Part shown: positions 1 through 13,160 of the stretch, piece after piece
Layout: every line of letters starts with the position of its first letter
Numbering within the stretch: the first letter of the stretch is position 1
Origin: Octopus sinensis
Taxonomy: Eukaryota
Reading direction: 5' to 3'
Length of the DNA: 64,000 nt
Assembly (NCBI RefSeq): GCF_006345805.1
Contig: NC_043001.1
Coordinates: 106,454,001-106,518,000 of the forward strand
The notes under the pieces: generated by a model
The model's database searches: none
Seen by the model: only the letters and a program-made list of their open reading frames with translations
What the model was told of the DNA's origin: nothing
Made by a program: the position numbers and the translations under genes

Positions 1-50
1 AAATAATGTAAATAATATGCATAATTCCTCATCTCTTAAATATAGAACTG
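1..50 (+). mobile_element. 3' tail of the hammerhead/tRNA-headed element family, cut off by the window edge
   Basis: aaataatgtaaataatatgcataattcctcatctcttaaatatagaactg closely matches 16486-16535. Confidence 0.7.
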
Positions 51-774
51 GATTGAATAGATCTTTTGCTTCGAGGTTCATTTTGGGAGAGCACAAGGGT
101 AGCAAAACTAAGGGAGAAATGTATAATTGCGTCATAGGGTAACGAAAACCGCCATTGTGTTTTTATCAGGGGACTTTGTTTCTTCAGAATTTACAAGAGG
201 GCATTTTTGCCCAATATCGCCGACTACTGCAAGTATGTCGTGTGAAGAGATACAGAAAAAAAAATGAAACGTAAAATGATTGCATGTCAGTCCTGAAGAA
301 AACAACATTTACGAATCGGTCAAAGTACAGCAAAGTAGTGAAGTATTCTTCGTCATTCCAATTTCAAAGAAAATACCCTGCTGTCACACATTCAAATTTC
401 AGAAACAAATCATCCACCGGATAAAAATGATGAAAGTCACCTGACATCATTCAGCATGTGATCGATTTATGAGATCGGACGGCGTTCAGTATTGACAGCA
501 GTTGTCCATTATTCCTTTTAACCTATCGCCCTGTGCACAGTTGGAAAACGATGATCTAACACGTAAACTTTATGTCTGGTGTTCTAAAATAGGTTGGCAT
601 ACACACACAGAATCTCTTCTAAAAACTGGTAATGGAAGCGTCTTTTGGGAATTTTGTCATTGTTTTCCAAAAATAAAATCAATCGATACATATGTGTGTA
701 TGTATGTGTGTGTGCATGTTTAAGCATACACACGAATATATAGATACGGGGGAATGGGGTGATGTTATACATAC

Positions 775-838
<64 letters not shown>

Positions 839-842
839 GTAG

Positions 843-875
<33 letters not shown>

Positions 876-977
876 GTATATATATGTATATATATTATAT
901 ATATATATATGTATATATATGTATATATATTTATGTATATATATATATATGTATATATATATGTATATATATATGTG

Positions 978-1009
<32 letters not shown>

Positions 1010-1045
1010 ATGTATATATATGTATATATACATGCATTCATGTAT
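775..1045. repeat. (TA)n/(TATG)n compound microsatellite
   Basis: Direct inspection. Confidence 0.95.
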
Positions 1046-1597
1046 GTGTTGGTGAGTTTGTGGGAGAGGAGGTGGTGATAAAATCTATGCTTTTTAAGGG
1101 TTAAAACTTAATTCAAAAGCCATTTATTTGTTGACATTTCATTTTATCTTACAGCATTGTACTTGCGTGACAACCATATTGATTCTAATGGAAATAAAAT
1201 TCATCCACTCAATGCGACCAAAGAAATCCCATCCACTAAAAATTCATAGCCGTAAATGCTACAACGTTTTATCGTGCTAACATTTCGACGACCACTACCA
1301 CCAACACCACCATCACCACCACCACTACTACTGCCACCACCAAAACCACTGCCACCATCACCACCACCGCCGTTCAGGTTCATATTTTCCTATATTGTTA
1401 TGACCGGTCCTTATCCTGAAGATGAAACACTGTGTAAAGGAAAATAATTAAGTCACTACGGGAGAACATACACAACAAACACACACACATACACAGATGC
1501 ACATGCACTCGCATACACAATCATAGACTAACACAGACACGTACACAGATGCACATACATACACATTCATAGACTCACACAAACATACACACATATA

Positions 1598-1644
<47 letters not shown>

Positions 1645-1841
1645 ATATATGGGGTTTATGTGTGCGTATATATATATATATAGCTAGATAGATAGATAGA
1701 TACATACATACATACATACATACGCATACATACATACATATATATTCATATATATATATATACAGACATACATATACATATATACATATATATATATACA
1801 TATACATATATATATATGCATATACATACATACATACATCA

Positions 1842-2070
1842 ATTTCTTTACTACCCACAAGGGGCTAAACACAGAGGGGACGAACAAGGACAGACGAATG
1901 GATTAAGTCGATTACATCGACTCCAGTGCGTAACTGGTACTTAATTTATCGACCCCGAAAGGATGAAAGGCAAAGTCGACCTCGGCGGAATTTGAACTCA
2001 GAACGTAACGGCAGACGAAATACGGCTACGCATTTTGCCCGGCGTGCTAACGTTTCTACCAGCTCACCGC
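1842..2070 (-). mobile_element. SINE family A (tRNA-like head, conserved core, tail 1)
   Basis: Reverse complement of the family seen at 38259 and 59506; B-box-like GAGTTCAAATTCC and core GCCTTTCATCCTTTCGGGGTCGATAAATTAAGTACC. Confidence 0.9.
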
Positions 2071-2073
2071 AAC

Positions 2074-2174
<101 letters not shown>

Positions 2175-2229
2175 ATATATATATATCATTAAAGTGTAAG
2201 ATCAAGGATAACTAGCTTCCTGGAGATCC

Positions 2230-2662
2230 ACAAACTCCTAAATTCAGATTAGCATGGCTTTCGCTGTGGCAGCGATTGTCTAATACAGCTCTTATACGAC
2301 ATTGAGGATATACTTAATGCCTTGGGAACTGGTTCAGAATCTGATGTCATATATCTTGACTTCAGTAAAGCGTTCGACAGATTTGACAATAATATTTTAC
2401 TCTCAATATTGGCAAATGTTTGAATCCGTGGAAATCTTCTACACTGGATTGAGTATTTCCTGGCGAATAGAACACAAGAAGTTGTGGTCGATGGAGTTCA
2501 CTCAAGCCGAACGAAAGTCACTAGTGATGTCCTTCAGGAGTCTGTCTTGGACCCGTCCCTCTTTATAATCTACATAATCTACGTTTATGTAGATTATGTA
2601 GATTACGACCTTTCCAGCGTCGTAAACCACTGAAAAGTGAAAATATTTGCTGATGACACTAA
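2230..2662 (+). mobile_element. Decayed CR1/Jockey-type LINE reverse transcriptase fragment
   Basis: Manual translation with stops and shifts gives DVIYLDFSKAFD, LLHWIEYFLANRTQEVVVDG, QESVLDPSLF and KIFADDT. Confidence 0.85.
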
Positions 2663-2869
2663 TATAGAGGCACCTCGAGACAACAGTGTTTGGAATTTGT
2701 TGTATGTCTTTTCATTCAAAACCCTTCTAAACCAATCAATCTACCAAGATTTGTGGCCCTTGTTTATAACAGACGTCTGTCTGAAATTAGCTGATTTTCA
2801 ACAATGAGACCTAACAGCGATTAGCATATTCACGTTCGTACGTGTTGGAACGTGTTAGGAAAGAATATA

Positions 2870-3090
2870 TACGATGGGTGCTGAAAATTTCCTGGCTTTA
2901 AGGGTATCGCGAAAGGCCTAGTTGGAGGCCCCACCTTCCGAGTTCTTTTACAGGGGTTAGAAAAACTGAAGGACCGCTGCAATAAGTGCATGCATCTAAG
3001 AGGGGAATATGTCAAATAAAATCATTTGTAACTGATCCTCCTATATTCTCTTTTACTCAAGGTCAGGAACTTTTCACACCCCCCCCCCCG
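2870..3090 (+). mobile_element. Internally deleted mariner-type element (MITE-like)
   Basis: Ends TACGATGGGTGCTGAAAATTTCCTGGC and GTCAGGAACTTTTCACACCCC are imperfect inverted repeats; the interior encodes a mariner-like C-terminus GLEKLKDRCNKCMHLRGEYVK*. Confidence 0.7.
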
Positions 3091-3489
3091 CCTCGGATAG
3101 GTCATTTTGATTTTTAATACTCACCGTGTTCATTACAATTTATTATCGATTGGCAGACATCAGCACACATCGACAAATAATGTTTCCTGGGTTCTATAAG
3201 CATGACCCATCTGGCGATGTTTAATATGTTTACCTCAGCCGTTAAAAATTTCAAGCATGGTTCTAAATTATTGGTACCGACATAACAATTTGATTGTTGC
3301 GTTGCAAAAAACACTGAATTCTGCTACATTCTAAGAAAACAAATCGGAAAATAGAGATTACGTCATCCTGAGAAAGTTGTAAAATACAGGAACTTCTTGA
3401 ATAACACATAGCAAGGTGATCTGCCATCACTTGCACAATCTTTTTGCAAACTGATTTGGTCAACAAACTATTCTATCTACGACGTCATG

Positions 3490-4400
3490 GTGTAGCTGCA
3501 GGAACACAGTTCTGACTTAAGAAAGATTGTTGATGCTCATGCTACCGGAGATGGGCATAAGACAATGTCTAAGAATTTTGATATGGCTACATCAACAATT
3601 CGCAAGATAATCGTAAAGCATCGAGATACCGGTTTGTTGAAGAAGAGTGGCTGCGGTAAAAAGAAGTTCTTTTCAGAACGAGTTGGACGGGTGATAATGA
3701 AAATGGTCAACAATGGTCATGTGATAACAACTGCAACGATGAAAGCCAATTTGACCGCTATCAGACTTCATGCTTCAAGGTCGACAATTACTTGAACTAA
3801 TAATAAAGGTGACTAAGAGGCGGGCCGTGTCCGGAGCACGCCATTGTTAAAGAAGAAGGCCTTAACTACGCGTTTGAAATTTGCGAGAGACTTGCTAAAG
3901 ATGCCTGAACGCTTTTGTGTGGTCTGACGATACAAAACGCGAGTTATTCGGTCACAACGAGAGGACTAACGCTTAAAGTGAAAGAAGAGAAGCCTACAAT
4001 CCAATGACTACCAGCCTCAGCACCAAACACGGCGGAGGCAGCATAATGTTGTGGAGCTGATTTTCACGTCAGATTGATTAGTACAGAATAGCTTTGACCA
4101 AGGAGACATACAACTAGGTTGAAACCCTGGTATATCAAAGTTCACTTACCTCAATGAACTTCTGTCTAAGAAACTCATCATGTTCGCTAGAAAGATGTTT
4201 TCTGCAATAATGAAACAAAACACCGATTAACATATTTACATTCGAAACCCCCGATACGTATTCAGAATGGATGTGTATGTCATGGTGTGCTTGTAAACCT
4301 TACAACATCATCGACCATGCTCCTCATTTGAAAGGGTGATAAAACGCTGTTGCTTGCTACAATCAAATGTATTTTGATTATGAGAAACATTTTATTCCCT
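3490..4400 (+). mobile_element. Decayed Tc1-family transposase
   Basis: ORF 3565-3795 is HTH-like (STIRKIIVKHRDTG); downstream frames give PLLKKKALTTRLKFA, WSDDTK-like, ELFGHN and KHGGGSIMLW, with a decayed ARKM..FQQDNDPKH-like segment near 4170-4225. Confidence 0.8.
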
Positions 4401-4725
4401 TTTAAACCATTTTGCGCAAAGACACTATGTTAAGGAGCCTATTGAAATTCTGAGAGCTCCTGACCCGCGGGCGAAATTTCACCTACGTTCCAATGTGAAA
4501 ATGCTTCATAAGGATATCTGTACAAATCCTTTAAGGGAAATATTAAATAGAAGTATTAAATAGAAGTAATTTAATTAAATAGAAGTAATTTAACTGCGAA
4601 TTTGCCAAATTCAAACTCTGTTATTTCTCCCATCGCACATCCATCTCCGCATGTTAATATCCATTTGTAGTTCGCCTACGGTAAATGAAAAGCATGTTAT
4701 AAAGTGTTATGCAGAATATAATAAT

Positions 4726-5134
4726 AATAGTAGTAGTAGTAGTAGTAGTAGTAGTATAGTAGTAGTAGCAGCAGCAGCAGCAGCAGTAGTATAGTAGTAG
4801 TAGTAGTAGTAGTAGTAGCAGCAGCAGCAGTAGCAGTAGTAGTAGTAGTAGTAGTAGCAGCAGCAGCAGTAGTAGTAGTAGTAGTAGCAGCAGTAGTAGT
4901 CGTAGTAGTAGTAGTAGTAGTTGTAGTAGTAGTAGCAGCAGCAGCAGTAGTAGTAGTAGTAGTAGCAGCAGTAATAGTCGTAGTAGTAGTAGTTGTAGTA
5001 GTAGTAGTAGCAGCAGCAGTAGTAGTAGTAGTAGTAGTAGCAGTAGTAGTCATAGTAGTAGTAGTAGTAGTAGTAGTAGTAGCAGCAGCAGTAGTAGTAG
5101 TAATAGTAGTAGTAGCAGTAGTAGTAGTAGTAGT

Positions 5135-5166
<32 letters not shown>

Positions 5167-5173
5167 TAGTAGT

Positions 5174-5232
<59 letters not shown>

Positions 5233-5270
5233 CAGCAGTGGTGGTGGTGGTAGTTGTGATGGCGGTAGTG
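4726..5270. repeat. Long (GTA)n/(GCA)n compound trinucleotide microsatellite
   Basis: Direct inspection; source of the poly-T, poly-L and poly-Y ORF-track entries. Confidence 0.95.
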
Positions 5271-7664
5271 GTAGTCTTAACTGGATATCCGTGATGGTGG
5301 CAGTAGGACTATTGGTGTAAGGGGAGGAGAGCAGCAGTGATGGTAGCGTTAATATCATTAGATTTTTTTTCCGCTCGATGACGGCTAACAGTGTTTGTCT
5401 TTCCATCGATGATGATGGCTTTTCCCGTCGTCGTAATGCAATAGCGATAATGTTGATTATGTTGATTTATGTAACGGTTGACAATTATAGACATAATGAT
5501 CTGTGGAGACGTGATTGGTTGTGGTATAGATTGCAGTTCTGTCATTTCACTTGTAGTGGCTTTAGACTTGTGGCATACATGTCTGTATATTGTTCGTGAT
5601 GGTCACTGTTAGGGATGGCTGTTGGCTTGTTGCGGTGATGGTTGTTAAATCGGGACAGTTCGAAACAGAGGCAGTAAGTATTGGAAATTATACGCTTTTC
5701 ATGTGAGCTACTAAAAATCCGGTCGTAATTTAGAGTAGCTAGATCATTAAAGAGTTATTCTATTGACGTATTCGTCATCCGTTGCCCAATCAATAGTCAT
5801 TCCACTTGGATTGTTCCCATGTATCATGTTTTACGACTAGCTGCTAAAATGCTGGTTACTTGCTTGTAACACCTTATCGATATTAAAGTCCTTTTTTATA
5901 TATTTTCACGCATTCACGCATCAAAGTGCGCGAGTTTTAATTTGATCTAACGAGAACAGACTTTTCAGCAACTGCTAAGGTCCTATTACTATGCATGCAC
6001 GTCAATTGGTTTATGGGGACCTTCCTTGTGTGCAATTGCGTTTCACGGACATCTATATCTTTAGACAATGCTAATTAGGTCTCCATTTCACCACAGAATC
6101 TGTGCCGTTGAATTCACTTGAATAAGAAGAATATTTATACCGTTGCATATGTGTGTATAAGTATGTATATGTGAACACCTTTGCATAAAACCTTCCACGT
6201 CGAAGCGAATTTGAACACATATGTGAGATAATGACAGTCATTATGGTTACTTCATTTGCAAGTGAACTGATTAACGTCGGACAAGTTAGATAATTTATTG
6301 ACCAATCAGTTTCGCTTTCGGTAATCATTGAGAGGATGAAGTAATTTAAGCACACTGAGTTCCAATGTAATTCAAACTAATTGTTGTGGCCTTTGACTCA
6401 TGCATCAGAATCTAATTGGTGTGAAACGAACATAAAATCAGTATTGGACTTTTGTTGTTAAAATTACATTTATCGATAGAACAATTTAATTACCAACAAT
6501 CAGATCAGATTATACATAGATATGATAATCATTGTTGTTCATCAAAAATATTTCAATATAATACGCTGTACTTAAACGTGAGTTGTTTAATTAAATAAAA
6601 TATAAAAGGAAGCGAAACACCGATTTGGGTATGGGTGGGAGATATTTACTGATTATTTACAATTAATTAACAATTCTTAGAATTGATTTATTCAACGGCC
6701 ATTTTTATAAAGAAAGTCCTATTAAAAGTACTTTGTGATGTAATTTATTTGCATTTCCCTCGGGTAATCAGCAAAACTATATTTTTTAATACAGTTATTA
6801 TATCCGTTGACCCAGACGTGGCTTCTGATTTTTAAATTCGCTTCAAATAACTTAATCCTTTCCTTCTCTATATTTGCATTAGTCATTCGGAATACACTAG
6901 ATTTTAATGGCAATTCCAGTTCTTAAGTATCAGGATTTTATTTTAAGCATAGTCACAATTCTTCGCTATCAGAAAATATTTTAGCTTTTCTTTCTTTTTT
7001 TCTTTTTCTTTTTTTTTCTGCTTCTGTTCAATCCTACCTAATTGAGCAGACTTGTTATTGAACAGTTAGTCTTATATTCGGTAGAATTGTATCTAAAACC
7101 ATCTAGGACTACATTATTCAATTTATTCTTTCCTTTTGGATGGCTGTATAACTTGAGGGAGACTTAGATGCTATTTTTAACACTTCGAGACACCCTATAG
7201 AGGCTTCCTTTGATGTTTCGTGACTTTCGTATTTTTCTTGCTACAAAGGAGCACAGTGGCTTTGTGGACAGCTCATCAGTTTACAAGTGACTGATGATAC
7301 AGTTTCAAATTCAGTCGATGACCGAGACATTTGACTTTTAAATAGTCCGTGCGCAGGTGGATAATGAAGTGATGTTGTTCTATAACAGAATAAATAGCAA
7401 CGGTGTATAATTAAAGAGTTCTTAATTAGTTAGCATTCTTCAATTCTTCACAGGATGTGTCGTAGAGAGAGATTGATTCTGTTTGACTGCTTCAACAAAA
7501 CCCACTATAAAAACGAAAGCACCAGTAGCTAAGTTAGGAACCTAAGGAATGTGAAGAATCATCAAGAAAGTTGTAAATCTTAATAAACTTAAATAGATCA
7601 AACTTGGCAAAGTAAAGAGGTGGCTTTTTGTATTTTTCCAGTGATATTAGATCACCTGTATATT

Positions 7665-7952
7665 CCTTTCTACTCTATTCACAAGGCCCACAATTTGGAT
7701 GGAGGGGCCAGTCAATTACATCGACCCCAGTACGCAACTGATACTTAATTTTTGGACCTTGAAAGGATGAAAGGCGAAGTCAACCTCGGCGGAATTAGAA
7801 CTCAGTACTTGAAGACAGACGAAATACTTATTTCTTTATTGCCCACAAGGGGCTAAACATAGAGGAGACAAACAAGGAAAAAGAGATTAAGGCGATTACA
7901 TCGACCCCAGTGCGTAACTGGTACTTTATTTATCGACCCCGAAAGGATGAAA
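7665..7952 (-). mobile_element. SINE family A dimer (5'-truncated)
   Basis: Two core units joined at about 7827; tail 2 at the 3' end. Confidence 0.85.
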
Positions 7953-8960
7953 CCCAAAGAGTGAATCGCAGAAGGTCCCAGAATCACTTGCAGAAAACGA
8001 CTTCCAGGGCGGATTCCAGATGTGACAGGAATGCTGGGACCGGTGTATTGCTGCGCAAGGTAGCTATTTCGAAGAAGATAATGTTAAAACTTAGGTAAAT
8101 AACATTTTTTTTATTAAACATGAGTAGTTCGGGAACTTTTTGATACCACCTCGTGCGTATTTGCCTACTGTGTCGTTCTGGGCTAGACCTAGCTATTGAA
8201 ATGCAAATTAATCTCACCTGTTCGACAGTAATTGCGATTAAAGTATATTTCTAGACTCGTCCCATTTTCCAGATATATGCATATGAGTAACCCTGCGACT
8301 AGTCTTCCGATAGCACAGATTGTTGGTCTGCTCGCCTAAACTACACATATGCTTCATCGTCTGGTATGCTTAGTAAATATTGTACGCAGAACATTACTCT
8401 GCTCTTCATCTTAATCCAAATAATGCGCCCCGGCCCGCATCGATGTTCATCAGGATCATTGCTCCCTGCATCGCAATTGGCTGCCAATTTCATTGGTGTT
8501 CTATGCTGCATTGAATATAGTTGATAATTTGTGAAAGAAATCTTTAATATTTAATCCCGGATTTAAGACAACTAGCAGTTTGCAATTCTTTTTTTTTTTC
8601 TTTTCTTTTTTTGTTCAAAATATATTTGACTTCTGTGATTGAATCCCCAACGTAATTTCAGCCTCATTTGTTTCAACATGGATCAAACTTCTTTCCATTG
8701 TAAAGAATCTCTGTGTCGAAGATTTGCTGCCAGCTACGTGCGGAAAGCATTTCATTCTGTTCAAGTATGCGGACTTGAAATTTATTTCAAAGAAGCCCCC
8801 TAAATACAGCCTGATCCATTACGCGTCTTTTATTCGGTAATACCAAAATCAATTTGACTATGGTGTTATTGATTTAGTCGTTCATTTCTGTGCGATCGAT
8901 TTTTGTTCTTTTTAGTATTTACTTTTTCAGCATCACGCTAATATTTTAATTTCACCTTTA

Positions 8961-9176
8961 TGGCAGCGAACTGGCAGAATCGTTAGCACACTGGACAAAT
9001 TACTTAACAGTATTTCGCCCGTCGCTACGTTCTGAGTTCAAATTCCACCGAGGTTGACTTCACCTTTCATCCTTTCGGGGTCGATAAATTAAGTACCAGT
9101 TGACTACTGGAGTAGATCGTATCGACTACCCTCTCCTCCAAATTTTTGTCCTTGTTCCAATAATAAAGAGGATTAT
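8961..9176 (+). mobile_element. SINE family A (tail 2)
   Basis: Head GGCAGCGAACTGGCAGAATCGTTAGCAC followed by the family core. Confidence 0.85.
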
Positions 9177-9199
9177 GTTAATTTCACGTCTCATCGTTT

Positions 9200-10030
9200 C
9201 CATTTTATAGGGTCCGGTTAGTTCAGGAATAGTGGAAGACAAACTGTTCTCTTTCCACGGTACTTAACATACAAGTACCTATCTCAGAAGCCTTGTTGTC
9301 CTCAATAAAGCAGTTTTCTAAACATGTTCTACCTACATATCAATCCCAATTTCTCAAAAAACTTTCTCAAACCTGGTTGTTAATGCTCTCGGTGACCCTA
9401 CAACTACTGGGATGACAATGGCTCGTGCTTCTCAATCTTTTCCAGTTCTTTACCATCTACTATGTTTTATATTGAGCTGACTTTTGACTGATCTGACGAT
9501 TTTATCACATTCGCTGTCAGTTAGTCTTTTATTTTCTAGAATATCACGTCTTACAGCTCCTAGTTTGTTATTGTCCATGCACAGCCTGCTATGCAAGTTT
9601 TTGCACCACCAGATATTGTAGGTCTCTTTTTTTGTGTGTGGTTGATGTTACTGGGTTTAGTGTTGAATAATAATAAGCATACATAACTTCGATATATTCC
9701 TCTTTAGACCATTTCTGACTTGCATTTCTATTTCTTTGAGATAGGTTTGGTAGTTGATCCTGAGAGTCAGTTTCAGGAATATCCCAGGTTTGATTTGCAA
9801 CATGTTCTTGAGAGGAGGTTAGTCCTGATTTAAAGACTTTTCGAGCTCAGTGTCAGAATCTAATGTCACTGATGAATGCGTTCTCCGAACAACACGTGTA
9901 CTAGAGGGTATTTCCATGGTTGGTATCCGGGGCCGTGCTATAAGCACACAGGGTTAACTAGTTGCCTGGTCCCTTGGGTAAGGTTCAGAGATCCTAGACA
10001 TCATCATTATCCGGGAAGGGGTGGAATTTA
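9200..10030 (-). mobile_element. R4/Dong-like RLE LINE deletion derivative (ORF N-terminus fused to RLE C-terminus)
   Basis: Minus translation gives KWSKEEYIEVMYAYY and MDNNKLGAVRRDILEN(K)KRLTDSEC, then VIPVVVGS..FEKVF*EIGID..KTALLRTTRLLR. Confidence 0.6.
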
Positions 10031-10577
10031 TTTTGAGAAGTTTTAAATTAGTTCATGTCATGACATGCCGCCTGAAGGGTGTCAAATAGCAGGCCGACGG
10101 AATTCATGTAGCATCGTTGAAAGAGGCTGATAGTGAATTGACAGCCAGAGAGAGACAGAGACAGGGAGACAAAAGACAGAACCGGCATACAGTCTCCGAG
10201 CTATTTCCGGTAGAATGGCGTTGGCGGCGGCGGCGGTGGTAGAAGTGGAAATGGGAATGTATATGATCTGTCATCAGGATGTAAACGCAGTCGCAGGTGT
10301 TTGTCTCCAGGCAAATTACTATAATCATTGTTATTATTAGTAGTAGTAGCAGTAGCAGCAGTAGTAACAGTAGTAGTGCAATCACGAAGCAAAAGAAGCG
10401 TTACACACTTGCAGTCAGCAAAGGTCAAACGTGTGCACTACTACAAGCGACCAATGAGATGGCTGACCTTGGCCTTGGAAAGGGCCAGCTCAGCTTGTTC
10501 TGTGGAATTAAAAATAGAAAAAAATAAATATAGAAAAACATAACAATAATAATACGCACACGCACACACACATACAC

Positions 10578-10668
<91 letters not shown>

Positions 10669-10886
10669 GGTGCAGGGGTGTGTGTCTGGTTCCGTCCCAT
10701 GGCGTGGCACCTTGGGCAAGTGTCTTCTACTATAGCCTCGGGCCGACCAAAGCCTTGTGAATCAATTTGGTGGATGGAAACTGAAAGAAGCCCGTCGTAT
10801 ATATGGGGTCGATTTGCTCAAATAAAGGCGGCGCTCAAGCATGGCCGCAGTCAAACTGAAACAAGTAAAAGAGTAAAAGAGTAAAA
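10669..10886 (+). mobile_element. SINE family B (tRNA-derived, CORE-like) with a family C-type tail
   Basis: CCTTGGGCAAGTGTCTTCTACTATAGCCTCGGGCCGACCAAAGCC is shared with copies at 21885, 28761 and 56810. Confidence 0.8.
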
Positions 10887-10905
10887 AGTGTATATATATA
10901 TATAT

Positions 10906-12401
10906 AAGAATATGTGCTCACATAAGTGTTAAGAAGGGTACGTGGCGCCAGGAATATATATTATGATATGTAGAAAAATACAAACTGTGACAAGAACGCA
11001 TAACACATAGAAGACGATACAACAAACACAGACAGGACATTCGAAGCCCTCAGTCTTCAGTCAAGAACGGGATCATCGTAGTAATTTCGGCTGATTAATC
11101 TTGAGATTACTAGATCCGGCCAGCCCTCCTGCAAAAACTAAGCTAGGAGCGTAGACTTCCTGGAAGAAGGATCGAATGCATACGAACACAAGGATAGCAA
11201 AACGGACGGTGCCACACGAATATAAAAAACAAAAAACAATAATGAAATACAAAAACATGAAATGCAAAAGAAATAATGGTAAAAACAGCAGGTGTCTTAC
11301 GACTAATAACAGTGCAAACAAGTTTGGCTGGCGTATTTTGGAAAAATTGCCTTAACGGCGAACAAGGACAACGATGTTGTCACGGCGCTGGTCAGAGGCC
11401 GAAAGGCGGATTTTGGCCAGAAGTCACGTGACGGAGAAGAGAGAAAAGAAAAGAAAAGAAAGGGAGGCAAAGGAAGGAAGAGAGAGAAGAGGGACGAAAG
11501 CAACAAGGGGGGAGAAGAGAGAGAAAGAAGGAATTAGAGAGGGGAGAAGGGATGGGTGTCAAAGATTGACCTGTGAGTGCAAAGCAAGACAAAGAAATGG
11601 AAGGGTAGGGGAAGAGTAGACCAAAGAATCAGAGGCAAGAGAAAAGGAGGATGAGTAGAGAGAAGAGAGAGAGAAGGGGACAGATCAACGTAGAATGCGA
11701 AGTAAATGTAAGAGAGAGAGACAGACAGAGTGTAGAGTCGTACCAAATTTACAAGAATATGTGCTCACATAAGTGTTAAGAAGGGTACGTGGTGCCAGGA
11801 ATATATATTATGATATGTAGAAAAATACAAACTGTGACAAGAACGCATAACACTTAGAAGACGATACAACAAACACAGACAGGACATTCGAAGCCCTCAG
11901 TCTTCAGTCAAGAACCGGATCATCGTAGTAATTTCGGTTGATTAATCTTGAGATTACTAGATCCGATATATTGATTGGCAGTTGTTTATCTCCTAAAGTT
12001 TCAAAGTTTTTTAAAGGTGATCGTTTGAGTGTTCAGGCAGAGAAAATTGTGGATATGTTAAGATTTTCAACTTATTTTGGAGGAATTTATGTCTTGCGTT
12101 TAATAGTGTTGTTTAGAATAAAAGGTACGTTTACATACTCGAGTAGTCAGGGAGTAAAACAGCGCAAAAGTTTCACAGAAAATTGTAGTTATTAAAGTTT
12201 ATTAATATTCTACGGATAATCGTTTTTGTGTTCGGCCAGAGGGAACTGTAGTGTTCTTGTACTAAAAGGATGTTTACATTTTCGAATACTCAGGCAAGGA
12301 CAGGTATTCACAGAATGTTGTAGGCATTAAAGTTTCAAAGTTTTTTAAGATGATCGGTTGCGCCTTCAGCCAGAGAAAATTGTGAATATGCAAGATTTTC
12401 T

Positions 12402-12402
<1 letters not shown>
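10906..12402 (-). mobile_element. Penelope-like element fragment with two 213-bp direct repeats (pLTR-like)
   Basis: 10906-11118 equals 11753-11965 with about 4 mismatches; decayed minus-strand frame (SPLKNFETLGDKQLPINISDLVISRL) runs into the repeat. Family call is from architecture only. Confidence 0.5.
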
Positions 12403-12440
<38 letters not shown>

Positions 12441-13062
12441 TATTATTATCATTATTATTATTATCATTATTATTATTATTATTCAGTAGTTATATTTTTA
12501 TAACGTGCTTTCACTTCAATACCGAGCGCAGCTCTATGTGCCTTGGACATGTGCTGTGGTTTACTGTGATGCTCTTATAGTTACTGTAGTGAAAATTTTT
12601 TACGTAGGATGTGTGCAGTGCCCAGTAGTGCGATTTTTGTATGTTATATATATTTGTTAGTCCTGGTGTTTTTGTCATGTATTTATCTGAATATTTTTTT
12701 ATCATGCTTATGTACCTACTATGATAGGAATTGTTTCTGTTTTTAGATTCCACATTCGATTAACCTCTATTTCCAGGTCTTTGTATTTTGAAAGTTTCTC
12801 CATTTCTTTTAGAGAAACGCTGTCATCTACTGGTATTGTACATCAGTCAGAAAGCTTTTCTTTTTCTTCATGATTTCTGATAACTATATCTCAATTTGGC
12901 CTTAATTTCTCTGTCTGTGTGTATTGGCATATCCCAGAGTATGGTTGCTTTCTCGTTTTCTGTGACCTTTTCTGGCGTGTGCTTATACCATCATTTTTTC
13001 TGTTGTTATTCCATAGTGTTGGCATAGCTTCCAGTATATGTAGGTCCCAACTCTGTGAATAT
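12403..13062 (-). mobile_element. 3' end of an R4/Dong-like RLE LINE within an (AAT)n/(GAT)n tract
   Basis: Minus translation HRVGTYI.WKLCQHYGITT..ENEKATILWDMPIHTDREIKA..DIVIR..KYKDLEIEVNRMWNLKTETIPII (RLE PD-(D/E)xK domain); short 3' UTR; triplet repeats on both flanks. Confidence 0.85.
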
Positions 13063-13088
13063 ATTATTATTATTATTATTATTATTAC

Positions 13089-13119
<31 letters not shown>

Positions 13120-13160
13120 ATTATTATTATTAGATGTATGTATATATATATATATATATA

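Noticed and set aside
4150-4201. Minus-strand 52-bp exon candidate with good splice sites (KHLSSEHDEFLRQKFIE)
   Set aside because: Lies antisense within the decayed Tc1 transposase; chance sites are more likely unless RNA shows exonisation.
11030-11075. CUGAAGA...CGAAU on the minus strand of the pLTR-like repeat as a hammerhead
   Set aside because: No GAAA and no convincing stem II could be drawn.
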